Shown: positions 28,962-38,653, counted from the stretch's first letter. The stretch: DNA of 64,000 nucleotides from an uncultured Campylobacteraceae bacterium (GCA_964556545.1 CAZKWE010000092.1:9213-73212), one strand, 5' to 3'. Program-made: numbers and translations. The notes: generated by a model from the sequence alone, not told the origin.

Positions 28962-29789
28962 TTACAATATATCTTTTTTCTTAAATGAAATAAATCCAAA
29001 AAGAGCAAACAAAGCACCTATTATAACCGGATATGTTACTGCATAGGCTATAAAAGCCGTATGTCCGAAATTATCAAGCAAATAGTAAGCTACCGGGCCT
29101 ATAACGGTAAGTTCGGGGTCAAATAGGCTTATAGCTCCTACTCTAAATACTTCCATCGGATTTAAAAGCGAGATAGATATGATAAGATTATCCGAAATCC
29201 TGTCTTGAAGCATCAATCCTATAAGAGCTACATCTATAAAAGCCAGCATTACTATCCACACCACAAATGATGCCCCTATGGCCACATCATGTGATTTTAC
29301 AATAGATGATATAAAAAAAGCAATTCCGAGAAATGAAAATGAAAGTCCGAACAGTAAAGCCGAATACAGCATTAACATATTGTAAGGCAATGCTCCGCCT
29401 TTAAAAATTCCCCAAACAACCCCAAGAAATAAAGCGATAACAACAGGTAAAAAAACCGTTAAAAATCTGCCGAGCATTTTACCCCAATAATAATCTTTTA
29501 ACGATATGGGAAATGACAACATATACTCAAGTATATTACTCTCCTTATCACCTGCAATGGATTTGACGGTAGTAGTAAGTATAAAGATAGGAAGTATGAT
29601 TATAGTTACTTGCATATATATAAGAAGTATCCTGCTAAGTCCGCTAAATCCCATAACAACAGCATTTGTAATACCTGTTATAAAAAATAAAGCCATCAGT
29701 CCGCCAAAAACTATACTATATATAAAAAACCATTTTGATTTTATAGACTCTTTTATATCAAGCTTTGCTACTAACAATAAATTTTTCAC
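28962..29789 (-). CDS. nosY: nitrous oxide reductase maturation ABC-2 type permease NosY
   Basis: 275 aa, 6 TM, ABC-2 permease topology. Located in the nos cluster after nosF and nosL. Confidence 0.75.
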   Translation of the reverse strand: MKNLLLVAKLDIKESIKSKWFFIYSIVFGGLMALFFITGITNAVVMGFSGLSRILLIYMQVTIIILPIFILTTTVKSIAGDKESNILEYMLSFPISLKDYYWGKMLGRFLTVFLPVVIALFLGVVWGIFKGGALPYNMLMLYSALLFGLSFSFLGIAFFISSIVKSHDVAIGASFVVWIVMLAFIDVALIGLMLQDRISDNLIISISLLNPMEVFRVGAISLFDPELTVIGPVAYYLLDNFGHTAFIAYAVTYPVIIGALFALFGFISFKKKDIL

Positions 29790-29791
29790 CG

Positions 29792-30274
29792 TTATTTTCC
29801 CTTTTGTATTTTTTGCTGATTGAAATCTTCAACTTTATGTATAATCTTTTCAGCCTCTTTTAAAGTCAAAGGCTTTTCTCCTTTTGGCAATGTCTTTTTT
29901 GTAAAAGCGGCTATACCATAGGCCATAGGAGTTATCATATCATCTGTATATAAGGCTTTTCTTGCATCTATCCATTTTCCGGTTTTAGCATCTGTTATCC
30001 AGATAACAGCTTTATCCTTCCATGGTATTTTATTTTCATCCATCCACAAAACCGCACAACCTATATCATCAAAAAGATAATGCTTGCCTGTTTTGGGATT
30101 TACCACTTGTACTGCATATTTTCTCTCGCTGATAGCCATGTCACATCTTTGGCATATATCTCTATCCCAATGCATTTTTTGCGGTTTTAAATCTATCTTT
30201 TTATCGCACCCCGTAAGACCACCCATAAACAATAAAGACAAAAATACAAATATATACTTCTTCATTTGCATCAT
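29792..30274 (-). CDS. nosL: nitrous oxide reductase accessory lipoprotein NosL
   Basis: 160 aa, lipobox LTGC, CQRCDM motif. Position is directly after nosF, with a 1-nt gap. Confidence 0.7.
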   Translation of the reverse strand: MMQMKKYIFVFLSLLFMGGLTGCDKKIDLKPQKMHWDRDICQRCDMAISERKYAVQVVNPKTGKHYLFDDIGCAVLWMDENKIPWKDKAVIWITDAKTGKWIDARKALYTDDMITPMAYGIAAFTKKTLPKGEKPLTLKEAEKIIHKVEDFNQQKIQKGK

Positions 30275-30275
30275 C

Positions 30276-30923
30276 TTAAGATTCTATCTTTTTATCTTCC
30301 GTAACTTTTCCAATATCAAGATATACAAGTCTGTTTGTAAGTCCTTTTAAATCTTCCAAACGATGAGTTACGTAGATAACCGAACTTTTTTTATCAAGCT
30401 TTGTTAAAAGTTTGGCAAAATTTTCCCTGCCTTTAGGATCAAGATTGGCAGTTGGCTCATCAAATATATAAAGTTCACTTTTTCTTGCCAGTGCAATCGC
30501 AATAAGCAGTTTTTGCTTCATTCCGCCAGAGAGTTTGAAAAACGGCTTTTTCATATTTTTTACAATATCCAATTCCATATCAACAGCTTCTTGCACAATC
30601 TTCTCTTTTGATACTTCTGAAGTTGTACATATATAGCCTATAAGATCCTCAACACTTATCTTTATGGGAGGAGGAAGTTGAGGGATAAAACTTATCTTTT
30701 TCAAGATATCCACTCTCTGCTTTACGGGATCTTTCCCGTCAACTTCTATACTGCCCTGATTTAATTTATAATACCCCAAAATTGCCCTTATAAGAGTTGT
30801 TTTACCGGCACCGTTGGGACCAAGCATTGCTATCTTGTCACCCTCCTTGATACTTAGGGTTATATTATCAAGGACATTAACTTCACCAAAATTTTTAATC
30901 ACATTTTTTATATCTATGGTCAT
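30276..30923 (-). CDS. nosF: nitrous oxide reductase maturation ABC ATPase NosF
   Basis: 215 aa. Walker A GPNGAGKTT, signature LSGGMKQK, Walker B YIFDEPT. 4-nt overlap with nosH. Confidence 0.8.
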   Translation of the reverse strand: MTIDIKNVIKNFGEVNVLDNITLSIKEGDKIAMLGPNGAGKTTLIRAILGYYKLNQGSIEVDGKDPVKQRVDILKKISFIPQLPPPIKISVEDLIGYICTTSEVSKEKIVQEAVDMELDIVKNMKKPFFKLSGGMKQKLLIAIALARKSELYIFDEPTANLDPKGRENFAKLLTKLDKKSSVIYVTHRLEDLKGLTNRLVYLDIGKVTEDKKIES

Positions 30924-31831
30924 ACGAGATTCTTTAACCTAAATTGAAAGTTGTAGGCATCAGTATGGCACACATCAAAACATCTACCGCACATTATACA
31001 ATCACCGTTTACGACCATCTGTTTTGTTATACCCTTTTCTCGTCTTTCTCTGTCATGTTTTGGTTTTGTAAATTCTAACACATGCTCTTCCGGACAAACT
31101 TGCAGACATGCACCACAGTGATCGCATTTGTCATTATCCCATTGAACTTTTGTCGCGCTGACCCAACCTACAAGGTTGTATGTTGTTCCTACCGGACAAA
31201 TGTATTTACACCATGCTCTTCTTGAAACAAAAATTTCAAACAAAAGGATAACCACAACCCAAACGATTGCAAGGCTCCACCCGTAAACGATAAATCTGCT
31301 AAGTATTCCTATGGGATTTATGACTTCAAAAACAAGGTATCCGTCAATTGCCGCAGCTATAAGAAATACTGCCCAAAAGAAAAATCTAACTCTCGGATCA
31401 AATTTTCTCTCTTTAATAATTTTTTTTCTGACGAGCATCAAATGAATATGTTCTCCAATTTCACTTAAAAATCCATACGGACACACCCAGCCACAGTATG
31501 CTTTACCGCCGACTAATAGATAAAAAACCAACAGTGTACTGGTACCTATAATGACATTGGTATGAACATGGTGTTCTGCAGCAAATATTTCAAGCCCTGT
31601 AAAAAGGTCTATCAGGTGAAAACCCAAAAGTCTTGAACCGTTTAGTGTTCCCTCAAGTACTTGTACATCAGCATTGAACGATAGAAAAAAGAAAAGATTT
31701 ATGATAATGACACTAAGCCATCTCCAAGCTCTCCATGTAAGCCTTGTTTTGCCGTTTTTATTTTTTTCTATCAAAGTTGAAAGCAAGGAAGCTCTTACAA
31801 GCTCCCTTCCACTATCATGATATCTATCCAT
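30920..31831 (-). CDS. nosH: NapH-like membrane-bound iron-sulfur protein NosH
   Basis: 303 aa. TM helices with CxxxCP-type motifs (CGWVCPYG, CKYICPVG) and C-terminal ferredoxin clusters (CDHCGACLQVCP, CIMCGRCFDVC), as in NapH/NosH. Confidence 0.8.
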   Translation of the reverse strand: MDRYHDSGRELVRASLLSTLIEKNKNGKTRLTWRAWRWLSVIIINLFFFLSFNADVQVLEGTLNGSRLLGFHLIDLFTGLEIFAAEHHVHTNVIIGTSTLLVFYLLVGGKAYCGWVCPYGFLSEIGEHIHLMLVRKKIIKERKFDPRVRFFFWAVFLIAAAIDGYLVFEVINPIGILSRFIVYGWSLAIVWVVVILLFEIFVSRRAWCKYICPVGTTYNLVGWVSATKVQWDNDKCDHCGACLQVCPEEHVLEFTKPKHDRERREKGITKQMVVNGDCIMCGRCFDVCHTDAYNFQFRLKNLV

Positions 31832-31842
31832 AGGTTTTACCT

Positions 31843-32379
31843 TTATTGATTATTGTATTTATCCCATTTCTCTTTAAAAGTCGAAATTTCAGTAGCTAAT
31901 TTATCCAATGTTGCATCATCCATTTTTTGTAAAAGTCCATACATAACATAATTTCTTCTTTTACCTGTTTTAAAGTCATGTAATTGTTTTAAAATAAATT
32001 CTTTGGACTTACCCACAAGATTCGGTCCTATAATACCCCTGCCGTTTACACCATGACAAGAAGAACAATTTTGTTTATAAAGTCTACTTACTTTAAATGC
32101 CGCAATATTGCCTGCTTTATTTTTTAAAGCTTGAAGTTTTTTATCTAACTCTTTATTTTTGTTTTCCAACTGTTTTTTGGCTTCTGCAGCATTATCCACA
32201 CTGTTTTGCACCTCTTTTTTTGCAACTACAGGTTTGTTAAGATGCACCTTTATCTCAGAAGATTTTATAATCCTGTGAATAGTTTGAAGCTTGTGAACTT
32301 GCTTGTCAAGTGAATACATATAATATGAAGCCCATAAAGCCAATATTGTTGCAATCGCCGCTATGATATGTTTTATCAT
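31843..32379 (-). CDS. nosC2: monohaem cytochrome c NosC2
   Basis: 178 aa, N-terminal membrane anchor, single CSSCH haem-binding motif. Its position matches the Wolinella-type nosC1-nosC2 pair. Confidence 0.7.
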   Translation of the reverse strand: MIKHIIAAIATILALWASYYMYSLDKQVHKLQTIHRIIKSSEIKVHLNKPVVAKKEVQNSVDNAAEAKKQLENKNKELDKKLQALKNKAGNIAAFKVSRLYKQNCSSCHGVNGRGIIGPNLVGKSKEFILKQLHDFKTGKRRNYVMYGLLQKMDDATLDKLATEISTFKEKWDKYNNQ

Positions 32380-32975
32380 TTTCCATTCCTTAATTTTAGT
32401 AATTTTGCATTGAAGTCAGCTATCTCATTAGCGATAGCTTTTAGTTTTGCATCATCCATTTGTGATACAAGACCTTTCATAAGTACATTTTTTCTTTTGC
32501 CGGATTTAAAGTCCATCAATCTGCCATATACAAAATCCCCGCTCTTTCCAAGCAAGGACGGCCCTATGATACCGTTACCGTAATCATCATGACAGGCAGA
32601 GCAGTGAACTATAAAATCATGGCTTAATTTATTTACCATAAGATTTATCTTTATCCTTTCATAAGGAGATCTGACATGCAAATATGCATCTATGGTCGTT
32701 CTTTGCTGTTTAGTATCTTCTTGATACTTTTCAATTGCCTTAGCCTCTTTTGATTTATCCTCTTCATTATAAGAGTAGTAATATTGACCTCCGTTTTGTT
32801 TTGAAATCTCTTTTGATTTATCCTCTTTTTTAACTGCATTTTTAGTAACTTTAATACCCGAGATATTGGTTACTACTTGATGATTGTCGGCTTTTTCTTC
32901 TTTCTTTTTTTCTCCGCATCCGCTTAAAAATACAATACTTGCCAAAGATAAAGCAATTAATCCTGTCTTATGCAT
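32376..32975 (-). CDS. nosC1: monohaem cytochrome c lipoprotein NosC1
   Basis: CSACH haem motif. Start moved to ATG 32975 (MHKTGLIALSLASIVFLSGC, lipobox), overlapping the nosG stop by 8 nt. Track start 33032 would overlap nosG by 65 nt. Confidence 0.7.
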   Translation of the reverse strand: MHKTGLIALSLASIVFLSGCGEKKKEEKADNHQVVTNISGIKVTKNAVKKEDKSKEISKQNGGQYYYSYNEEDKSKEAKAIEKYQEDTKQQRTTIDAYLHVRSPYERIKINLMVNKLSHDFIVHCSACHDDYGNGIIGPSLLGKSGDFVYGRLMDFKSGKRKNVLMKGLVSQMDDAKLKAIANEIADFNAKLLKLRNGK

Positions 32976-33759
32976 TTTTGCTCTCCCCGTATATTTGTTT
33001 ATATGTAGCTCTTGGTACGATTTCAAGCACATTGGTAGGACAAAGCTCTACACAAGCTCCACACCCGACACATGCTTCTCTTATTTGAGGTAATTTGCCG
33101 GTTTTATGATCGACCATACCTATAGCTAAAGAAGGATCCGGTATAAAAGGACACATGTCTGCACATATCGTACACTCCTCTCCTTCAAATTTTTCAAGTT
33201 TTTTAAGTACCTTTTTTTGAAGTACATATTTTTCAGGATCATTTGGATTGTCTATAACCTTTTTATTTTCTCTCTCCTCTTTGGTGAGAATTTTGGTATG
33301 ATCGTAAATTCTGTCTATTGCACTTCTTGGAACTTTTTCATTTTTTTGTGCAAGACAGGCATTTGGTCTTTTAACTATGGCTACACCCATATGAACTTTA
33401 TCTATACTGTCACTTTCATGATCAAGAGCACCTGTAGGACATGCCAATATACAAGGAAATGCTTTGCATAGGTAGCAACCTCTATCCCTGGGAATGATAA
33501 ATGCAGTTCCCAAGCCGGCTTTTCCTTCCACATCTTCAAGTTTTATACAGTCATAAGGACAAACCTGCAGACACTGTCCGCACTTGATACAAAGAGATAG
33601 ATAGTTTTTCTCCGGAACCGCTCCCGGAGGTCTTAATCTCTTCTCTTTTGGCTTAAAATCAGGTGCTACGGCAATTCCGCCGGCAGCAACAACTCCAAGT
33701 ATTCCCAGGCTTGTAGCCTTTTTTATAAAATCTCTTCTTTTCTTTTCTTCTGGTGTCAT
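32968..33759 (-). CDS. nosG: NapG-like periplasmic polyferredoxin NosG
   Basis: 263 aa. Twin-arginine signal (KKRRDFIKKATSLG) and four CxxCxxCxxxCP-type clusters. Confidence 0.8.
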   Translation of the reverse strand: MTPEEKKRRDFIKKATSLGILGVVAAGGIAVAPDFKPKEKRLRPPGAVPEKNYLSLCIKCGQCLQVCPYDCIKLEDVEGKAGLGTAFIIPRDRGCYLCKAFPCILACPTGALDHESDSIDKVHMGVAIVKRPNACLAQKNEKVPRSAIDRIYDHTKILTKEERENKKVIDNPNDPEKYVLQKKVLKKLEKFEGEECTICADMCPFIPDPSLAIGMVDHKTGKLPQIREACVGCGACVELCPTNVLEIVPRATYKQIYGESKNA

Positions 33760-35003
33760 AGTATTTTACTCTCTTCCATAATAGGGTGTTTATCTTCCAA
33801 CAATTTAACCGGCTCGGATATAGGAGCCAATTTTGCTATAAAGTTCAGTATGGATATTACCGGAGATCCATAAAAAAACCTTATATTTGGATTTAAAAGC
33901 CAAACTTTATCCGCATACTGATAGTATATATAAGGATTATCCCCTATACCATCACCATTTTTGTCAAAACCTTCATAATCATCCCAATAGTTTCCATCCC
34001 ATAAATTTTGAGTTACTTTTCTATTGAAAGAATCATTTACAATATTATCCATGTTGCCTTTTATTATATTTTTTTTAAATATATTAGCGATACTCAAAGA
34101 GTGGAACTTTACCGCAATAGAATTATACAACAATCTGTTATTTTCTATATAGTTATGTGTTCCGGGCTCAAAAGGTGACCTGTCTATAAAAAATCCTCTT
34201 GAACAATATATAATAGTATTATCTTTTATAGTAAAATTCGAACTGTCTTTCAATCCTATCCCAAGTCCTGTGGTTCCCATAGAATTTTCTATCAGATTTC
34301 CGTATGCTTCACTGTCTTTGGAATACATAAAGTAAATCCCTACGGAGTTATGCTTATAAACATTATCTTTTACTATATTTTTACCCGCATACATAAAATG
34401 TAAAGAGTATCTTCCGTATTCGCCTCTGTTTTTTTCTATCAAATTCCCATGACTGTACCAAACGACAAAATCTCTTGATTTGTACAGATAATTGCCTCTT
34501 AAGATATTGTCATTACTGTACCAAAGTCTTACTCCGTCTCCTCTAAGTCCAAGAGAAAACTTTTTGGAAGTAATATAATTATCCAATATCCTGGAATTGC
34601 TTACCATTTGAAGGTCGATTCCAAACAGACAATCCAATATTCGATTGTTTTTAATCAAAACATTTCTTATCAAAGTATCGTTTGAGCCATGTGCATTTTT
34701 AACCGATATGCCGGCATCTACTCTTTCATGCTCCTTTCCGCTGTGCCTTATTGTTAAATTTTCAATAGTCACATTTGAGCTTTTTATAGATATAACAGTA
34801 CCTTTCCCGTCACCTTCTATTATTGCTTTTTGATTCTTTCCGTCAATAATTATAGGTTTGTTTATAACTATATTACCCTTGTATATACCTGCCGGCAATT
34901 CAAGTTTTGAACCTGGCTTTGCATTATTTATAGCTTCTTGCAATACATTTTTTGCCAATAATTCAAGTGACAACAACATAAGAGCAATAACTATATTTTT
35001 CAA
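33756..35003 (-). CDS. nosD: nitrous oxide reductase maturation protein NosD
   Basis: 415 aa, signal peptide, repeated parallel beta-helix (PbH1/CASH) units. Lies between nosB and nosG. Confidence 0.8.
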   Translation of the reverse strand: MKNIVIALMLLSLELLAKNVLQEAINNAKPGSKLELPAGIYKGNIVINKPIIIDGKNQKAIIEGDGKGTVISIKSSNVTIENLTIRHSGKEHERVDAGISVKNAHGSNDTLIRNVLIKNNRILDCLFGIDLQMVSNSRILDNYITSKKFSLGLRGDGVRLWYSNDNILRGNYLYKSRDFVVWYSHGNLIEKNRGEYGRYSLHFMYAGKNIVKDNVYKHNSVGIYFMYSKDSEAYGNLIENSMGTTGLGIGLKDSSNFTIKDNTIIYCSRGFFIDRSPFEPGTHNYIENNRLLYNSIAVKFHSLSIANIFKKNIIKGNMDNIVNDSFNRKVTQNLWDGNYWDDYEGFDKNGDGIGDNPYIYYQYADKVWLLNPNIRFFYGSPVISILNFIAKLAPISEPVKLLEDKHPIMEESKIL

Positions 35004-35004
35004 T

Positions 35005-35808
35005 TTATGCCTCTTGTTTTTCAGCTTTGATTCTTGATATTATAGCCAACAGTGAAAGAAGGCTTATACCTATAAGCACCCAAAAACCCCATGTAGGATA
35101 TGAATGTGTTGTAAACTGGGCAACTTTACCATCACCAAAAACCGTAGGAGTAAACGGTTTTATTTTAAAGGCTCCCCATGCATGCATATGATGACCGAAC
35201 CAATAAAGCCAATATGCATAAAATCCCAAAAATATAACTGGCAATGCAACAGGTATAAACATCAGTATGTTCAATATCTTGCTATCATAAAGTATAAAAT
35301 ATACCAAAAGCAGTGATAAAAATACCAAAGCATAAGGAGCTATCATTCTAAGATAAGGTGCTCCTCTTTTCATAGGATCCATACCTATAAAGTGATTGAT
35401 AGTATTCATCTCATGAACATCTCCGCTAAATCCGTCAAAATGATAATATACGGGAATTCCCTCGGGAAATGCCTCTTTAGGATAGTTTGGAGCTTCAAGT
35501 GCAACATACCATATAGGAGCTGTTACTACATTCAACTCTGCATCATTTTTTATCATGTTCATCAAATGAACTTCACCTGTTTTCTTAAGGTCCTCTTTTA
35601 CTGCATCAGGTGCATTGGGACTTACATATCTTCCTTTTTGGTAAAAATTCCATGTTTTTGCCATCATAGGTGTTATCTTATTTACTTGGTCAGTTTCAAC
35701 CAAGTCTTGAATATTGTGTGTCAAAACTGCTGGTATAACAAACCAATACAGCAACATACCAAGAGCGATAAGTGCAAAAATCCTTGATTTGAGAAGGGTT
35801 TTGTTCAT
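35005..35808 (-). CDS. nosB: membrane protein NosB
   Basis: Polytopic membrane protein directly downstream of nosZ, as in the Wolinella-type cluster. Start set to ATG 35808 (MNKTLLKSRIF, preceded by AAGGAAAC), because track start 35847 lies upstream of the transcription start inferred from the FNR-type promoter. Confidence 0.65.
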   Translation of the reverse strand: MNKTLLKSRIFALIALGMLLYWFVIPAVLTHNIQDLVETDQVNKITPMMAKTWNFYQKGRYVSPNAPDAVKEDLKKTGEVHLMNMIKNDAELNVVTAPIWYVALEAPNYPKEAFPEGIPVYYHFDGFSGDVHEMNTINHFIGMDPMKRGAPYLRMIAPYALVFLSLLLVYFILYDSKILNILMFIPVALPVIFLGFYAYWLYWFGHHMHAWGAFKIKPFTPTVFGDGKVAQFTTHSYPTWGFWVLIGISLLSLLAIISRIKAEKQEA

Positions 35809-35865
35809 CTTAGTTTCCTTTATAAAATTTGAAAAGTATTCTATCATAATATTATTTATTCTTTA

Positions 35866-35879
35866 TTGATATTCATCAA
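35866..35879 (-). promoter_or_regulatory. CRP/FNR-family box TTGATATTCATCAA upstream of nosB
   Basis: Perfect TTGAT-N4-ATCAA. A -10-like TAGAAT (35843-35838, minus strand) lies 29.5 bp from the box centre, which is class II geometry. Confidence 0.65.
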
Positions 35880-35913
35880 GTCATAAAAGTGTATATTTAA
35901 GTAAATTATAAGA

Positions 35914-35940
35914 TTACACTCCGCAGTCTGCGGAGTGTAA
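35914..35940 (-). terminator. strong hairpin immediately after nosZ stop
   Basis: ttacactccgcag-t-ctgcggagtgtaa, 13-nt perfectly complementary arms 5 nt after the nosZ stop, followed on the minus strand by a T-rich stretch. Confidence 0.6.
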
Positions 35941-35945
35941 TTATT

Positions 35946-38549
35946 TTAGAATAGATTTGCGTTTTTATCTACCCATTTGAAGTATTCAATGATATCTTTA
36001 ACTTGTTTCTTGCTCATACCCTGGTTAGGCATTCTAAGATTGAAGTAATGAATCATTGAGCTAACATAAGGCTCATTATACATTTTTTCAGGATTAAGTA
36101 TCCACTCAGTTACCCATTTTTCACCGTTAGGATGTCTTTGAAGAACACCTGTCAAGTCCGGACCTGAACTTACTTTTCCTATAACATGGCATCCGCCGCA
36201 TCCGCCTTCGTCAAATGCTATCTTACCTCTCTTGGCCGCTTCACTCATAGGAGTAGCTAACTTACTAACAAGAAGATCTCTGGCTCTAATACCAACATCT
36301 GCAGTTTTAACCATATATTGCCAAATCATATTTTCAAACAGAATTGCTTTTTCAATATCTCCGGCTTTTAGAGCTTTATCGGACAACTCTTTTTGTTTTT
36401 TGATTTTACTGTACTGATCAAGTGCATCAACAACCAAGTTTTTAACAACCGGATATTTCTCATAGTGATTCTCTTTTAAGAATTTAACGACACTTTGGAT
36501 AACTTTATCGGTTGCATTGTTAACGGCAACTGTTTTCTTGTACTCTGCCATCAACTGTTTCTTGCTCATTTTTGCTCTGTGAATTTTCTTAGCACTTACA
36601 TATTTTTTGTTTGGATCTTTAACAAGCAAGTATCCCATCATTTCAAGGTGAAGTGCAGAACAGAACTCAGTACAGTAGTAAGGGAAAATACCCTCTCTGT
36701 CAGCTTTAAATGTAAGAGCTACGGTTTTACCAGGCTCTAAAGAAGCATGAACATTGTACTGATCTACTGTAAATCCGTGAGTCTCATCTTCAGCTCTTTC
36801 AAGGTTTGTTAGATAAAATGTTACCGTATCTCCGAGATTTACATTTACATGTTCAGGATTGATATGGCTTCTTACCAAAGTTCCATAAACATAAACATGT
36901 TTACCTTTTCTCACGATTCTCTCTTGTCCTGCAAGAGTTTTACCTCTATGAGGCTTGTCTGTAAAAGGATTGTATCCCATTTTATATCTAACATAAGGCT
37001 TGATCTTGCTTGCTCTGATGGCAACTGCCTGGTGAGGCTCACCAAGACCTATTGGTAGATCGTAAAGCATTTGCATTTTTTTGCCTCTTATATCAATAAG
37101 CTGATGGTTTTGAGGATGCAAAGGTCCGATTCTATCAAATCTGTCTATTGATAACTTGTTTAATGCGATTATATAATCACCCTGAGGATCTTCGGATTTA
37201 CCTTCCATACCGCAAAGGTGACCTATGTTGTAGTTAACATTTATTCTATCTGCAACTTTACAAGTTAGATAACTCCATTTTACAACTTGGCTGTCAACAT
37301 AAAGTGAAGTGTATATTTCACCGGTTTTTTTCCAATGTTTACCTATTTGGTTATGCAATGGTCCAAGTCCCAACTCTGCTTGACAATGTAAAGCTTTTTT
37401 CATATCAAGAATCGGAATACCAAACGGGTCTTTTCCGACAAACTCTTTATTTTTAAAAAGTTTCATCATTTTTGCAAAATCATAAACTGAAGCATGGGTA
37501 TCAAGTTTACCGCAAACTACTACATACTTTCCATCAGGTGTAACATCAACACCGTGTGGTGATTTTGGCTCAGGAACCAAGAAAAGACAGTTGTTTTTTA
37601 CAGCTACATCAATAGGTATAACTTTCATACCGTTAATGACTTTTACATTTTTTGGATTTTCTGCAAGTTTTGCAAGTTTTTTCCAGTTATATACTTGTAA
37701 AAAGTCCGTATCGTTTCTTGAACATCCTGCTTCAAAAGGAGGAAGACCTTTTTCGATACCGCCTGTATACATTTCAGAGTTAAAACTGTTTGTAAAACCC
37801 CATCCGTAACTTGCCTCTTTACCTGCATCTGAAAGATCTTGCATATACGGAGGAAGTTCAAGTGTAAAAGATTTTTTTACATTTATCTTTCCTGTTTTGT
37901 TATTAAACTTCCAAATTGTCACACCGCCTCTGTAAGAATCAACATACTCACTCATAGGATGCCAATTGTTATCCAACGGTGCCGCATACTGACAAGCTTC
38001 CAAGATATATTCACTATTTGGAGTAAAGAAAGCTCCACCGTGATCACTTTTGAAAACCGGGTTTACAACTATTTGCTTTGTAACAAAGTCTTTCAAATCA
38101 ATTACAGCGATTCTCGGATTGGCTTTATCATTGATAACAAGCCATTTTCCGTCATATTTTCCGTTTGTTTCAGAGAGTCCCGGGTGGTGAGTATCACCCC
38201 ATGTTATCTTTTTGCCCCTTATATTACCTTCGGCAAGAATCTTTTTGGTATCATCATCATAACCCCATCCCTGCCAAGGCTCCGGAGTAAATACACCTAT
38301 ATACTTTAGTATCTTCATAGAAGGTACGCCGTAAACCATCATTTGTCCGGCTTGACCGGTCGAACTGAAAACCAAGTACTTGTCTCTACCGCCGCTTGGC
38401 AGATAAGTTTTTGCTGCCGCAAGCAAATCTTGCTGGGTAAGATGCCTCTCTTTCATAACTTTCTCAAGTTCACTTTGAGCTGAAAGCAAGGTCATACCCA
38501 CCATTGTACCTAATGCAACGGTAGCTACTTTTCTAACCATTTGCTTCAT
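35946..38549 (-). CDS. nosZ: clade II nitrous oxide reductase with C-terminal cytochrome c domain (cNosZ)
   Basis: 867 aa. Sec-type signal peptide, DTHHPG CuZ-region motif, CuA site YCTEFCSALHLEMMGY, C-terminal CGGCH haem c motif. Confidence 0.9.
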   Translation of the reverse strand: MKQMVRKVATVALGTMVGMTLLSAQSELEKVMKERHLTQQDLLAAAKTYLPSGGRDKYLVFSSTGQAGQMMVYGVPSMKILKYIGVFTPEPWQGWGYDDDTKKILAEGNIRGKKITWGDTHHPGLSETNGKYDGKWLVINDKANPRIAVIDLKDFVTKQIVVNPVFKSDHGGAFFTPNSEYILEACQYAAPLDNNWHPMSEYVDSYRGGVTIWKFNNKTGKINVKKSFTLELPPYMQDLSDAGKEASYGWGFTNSFNSEMYTGGIEKGLPPFEAGCSRNDTDFLQVYNWKKLAKLAENPKNVKVINGMKVIPIDVAVKNNCLFLVPEPKSPHGVDVTPDGKYVVVCGKLDTHASVYDFAKMMKLFKNKEFVGKDPFGIPILDMKKALHCQAELGLGPLHNQIGKHWKKTGEIYTSLYVDSQVVKWSYLTCKVADRINVNYNIGHLCGMEGKSEDPQGDYIIALNKLSIDRFDRIGPLHPQNHQLIDIRGKKMQMLYDLPIGLGEPHQAVAIRASKIKPYVRYKMGYNPFTDKPHRGKTLAGQERIVRKGKHVYVYGTLVRSHINPEHVNVNLGDTVTFYLTNLERAEDETHGFTVDQYNVHASLEPGKTVALTFKADREGIFPYYCTEFCSALHLEMMGYLLVKDPNKKYVSAKKIHRAKMSKKQLMAEYKKTVAVNNATDKVIQSVVKFLKENHYEKYPVVKNLVVDALDQYSKIKKQKELSDKALKAGDIEKAILFENMIWQYMVKTADVGIRARDLLVSKLATPMSEAAKRGKIAFDEGGCGGCHVIGKVSSGPDLTGVLQRHPNGEKWVTEWILNPEKMYNEPYVSSMIHYFNLRMPNQGMSKKQVKDIIEYFKWVDKNANLF

Positions 38550-38639
38550 ATATCCTCCTTAAAAATTTTTGAATTTCTGTTTTTATAAACCAAACATAAT
38601 TCTATGGTGAAATTATAGTTAAATTTATGTTAAATTTCC

Positions 38640-38653
38640 TTGATTATCATCAA
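38640..38653 (-). promoter_or_regulatory. CRP/FNR-family box TTGATTATCATCAA upstream of nosZ
   Basis: Perfect TTGAT-N4-ATCAA. A consensus TATAAT (38617-38612, minus strand) begins 29.5 bp from the box centre. Predicted transcription start is about 38605, giving a 5' UTR of about 56 nt. Confidence 0.7.

Noticed and set aside
24055-30923. Simple tandem duplication of nosF-nosY-nosL as the origin of the downstream ABC/NosL genes
   Set aside because: The downstream transporter is of the FtsX/MacB type, with a four-TM permease carrying a large periplasmic domain and a LolD/MacB-like ATPase. NosFY is an ABC-2 system. Two of the extra NosL-like proteins also belong to a different sequence type from nosL.
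32976-33032. Upstream start (33032) for nosC1
   Set aside because: It would overlap nosG by 65 nt. The internal ATG 32975 yields a typical lipoprotein signal (LSGC) and an 8-nt coupling overlap.
35809-35847. Upstream start codon (35847) for nosB giving MIEYFSNFIKETK extension
   Set aside because: It lies within or upstream of the inferred -10 and transcription start of the FNR-type promoter and lacks a Shine-Dalgarno sequence. ATG 35808 has AAGGAAAC at proper spacing. This remains unproven without transcription-start data.
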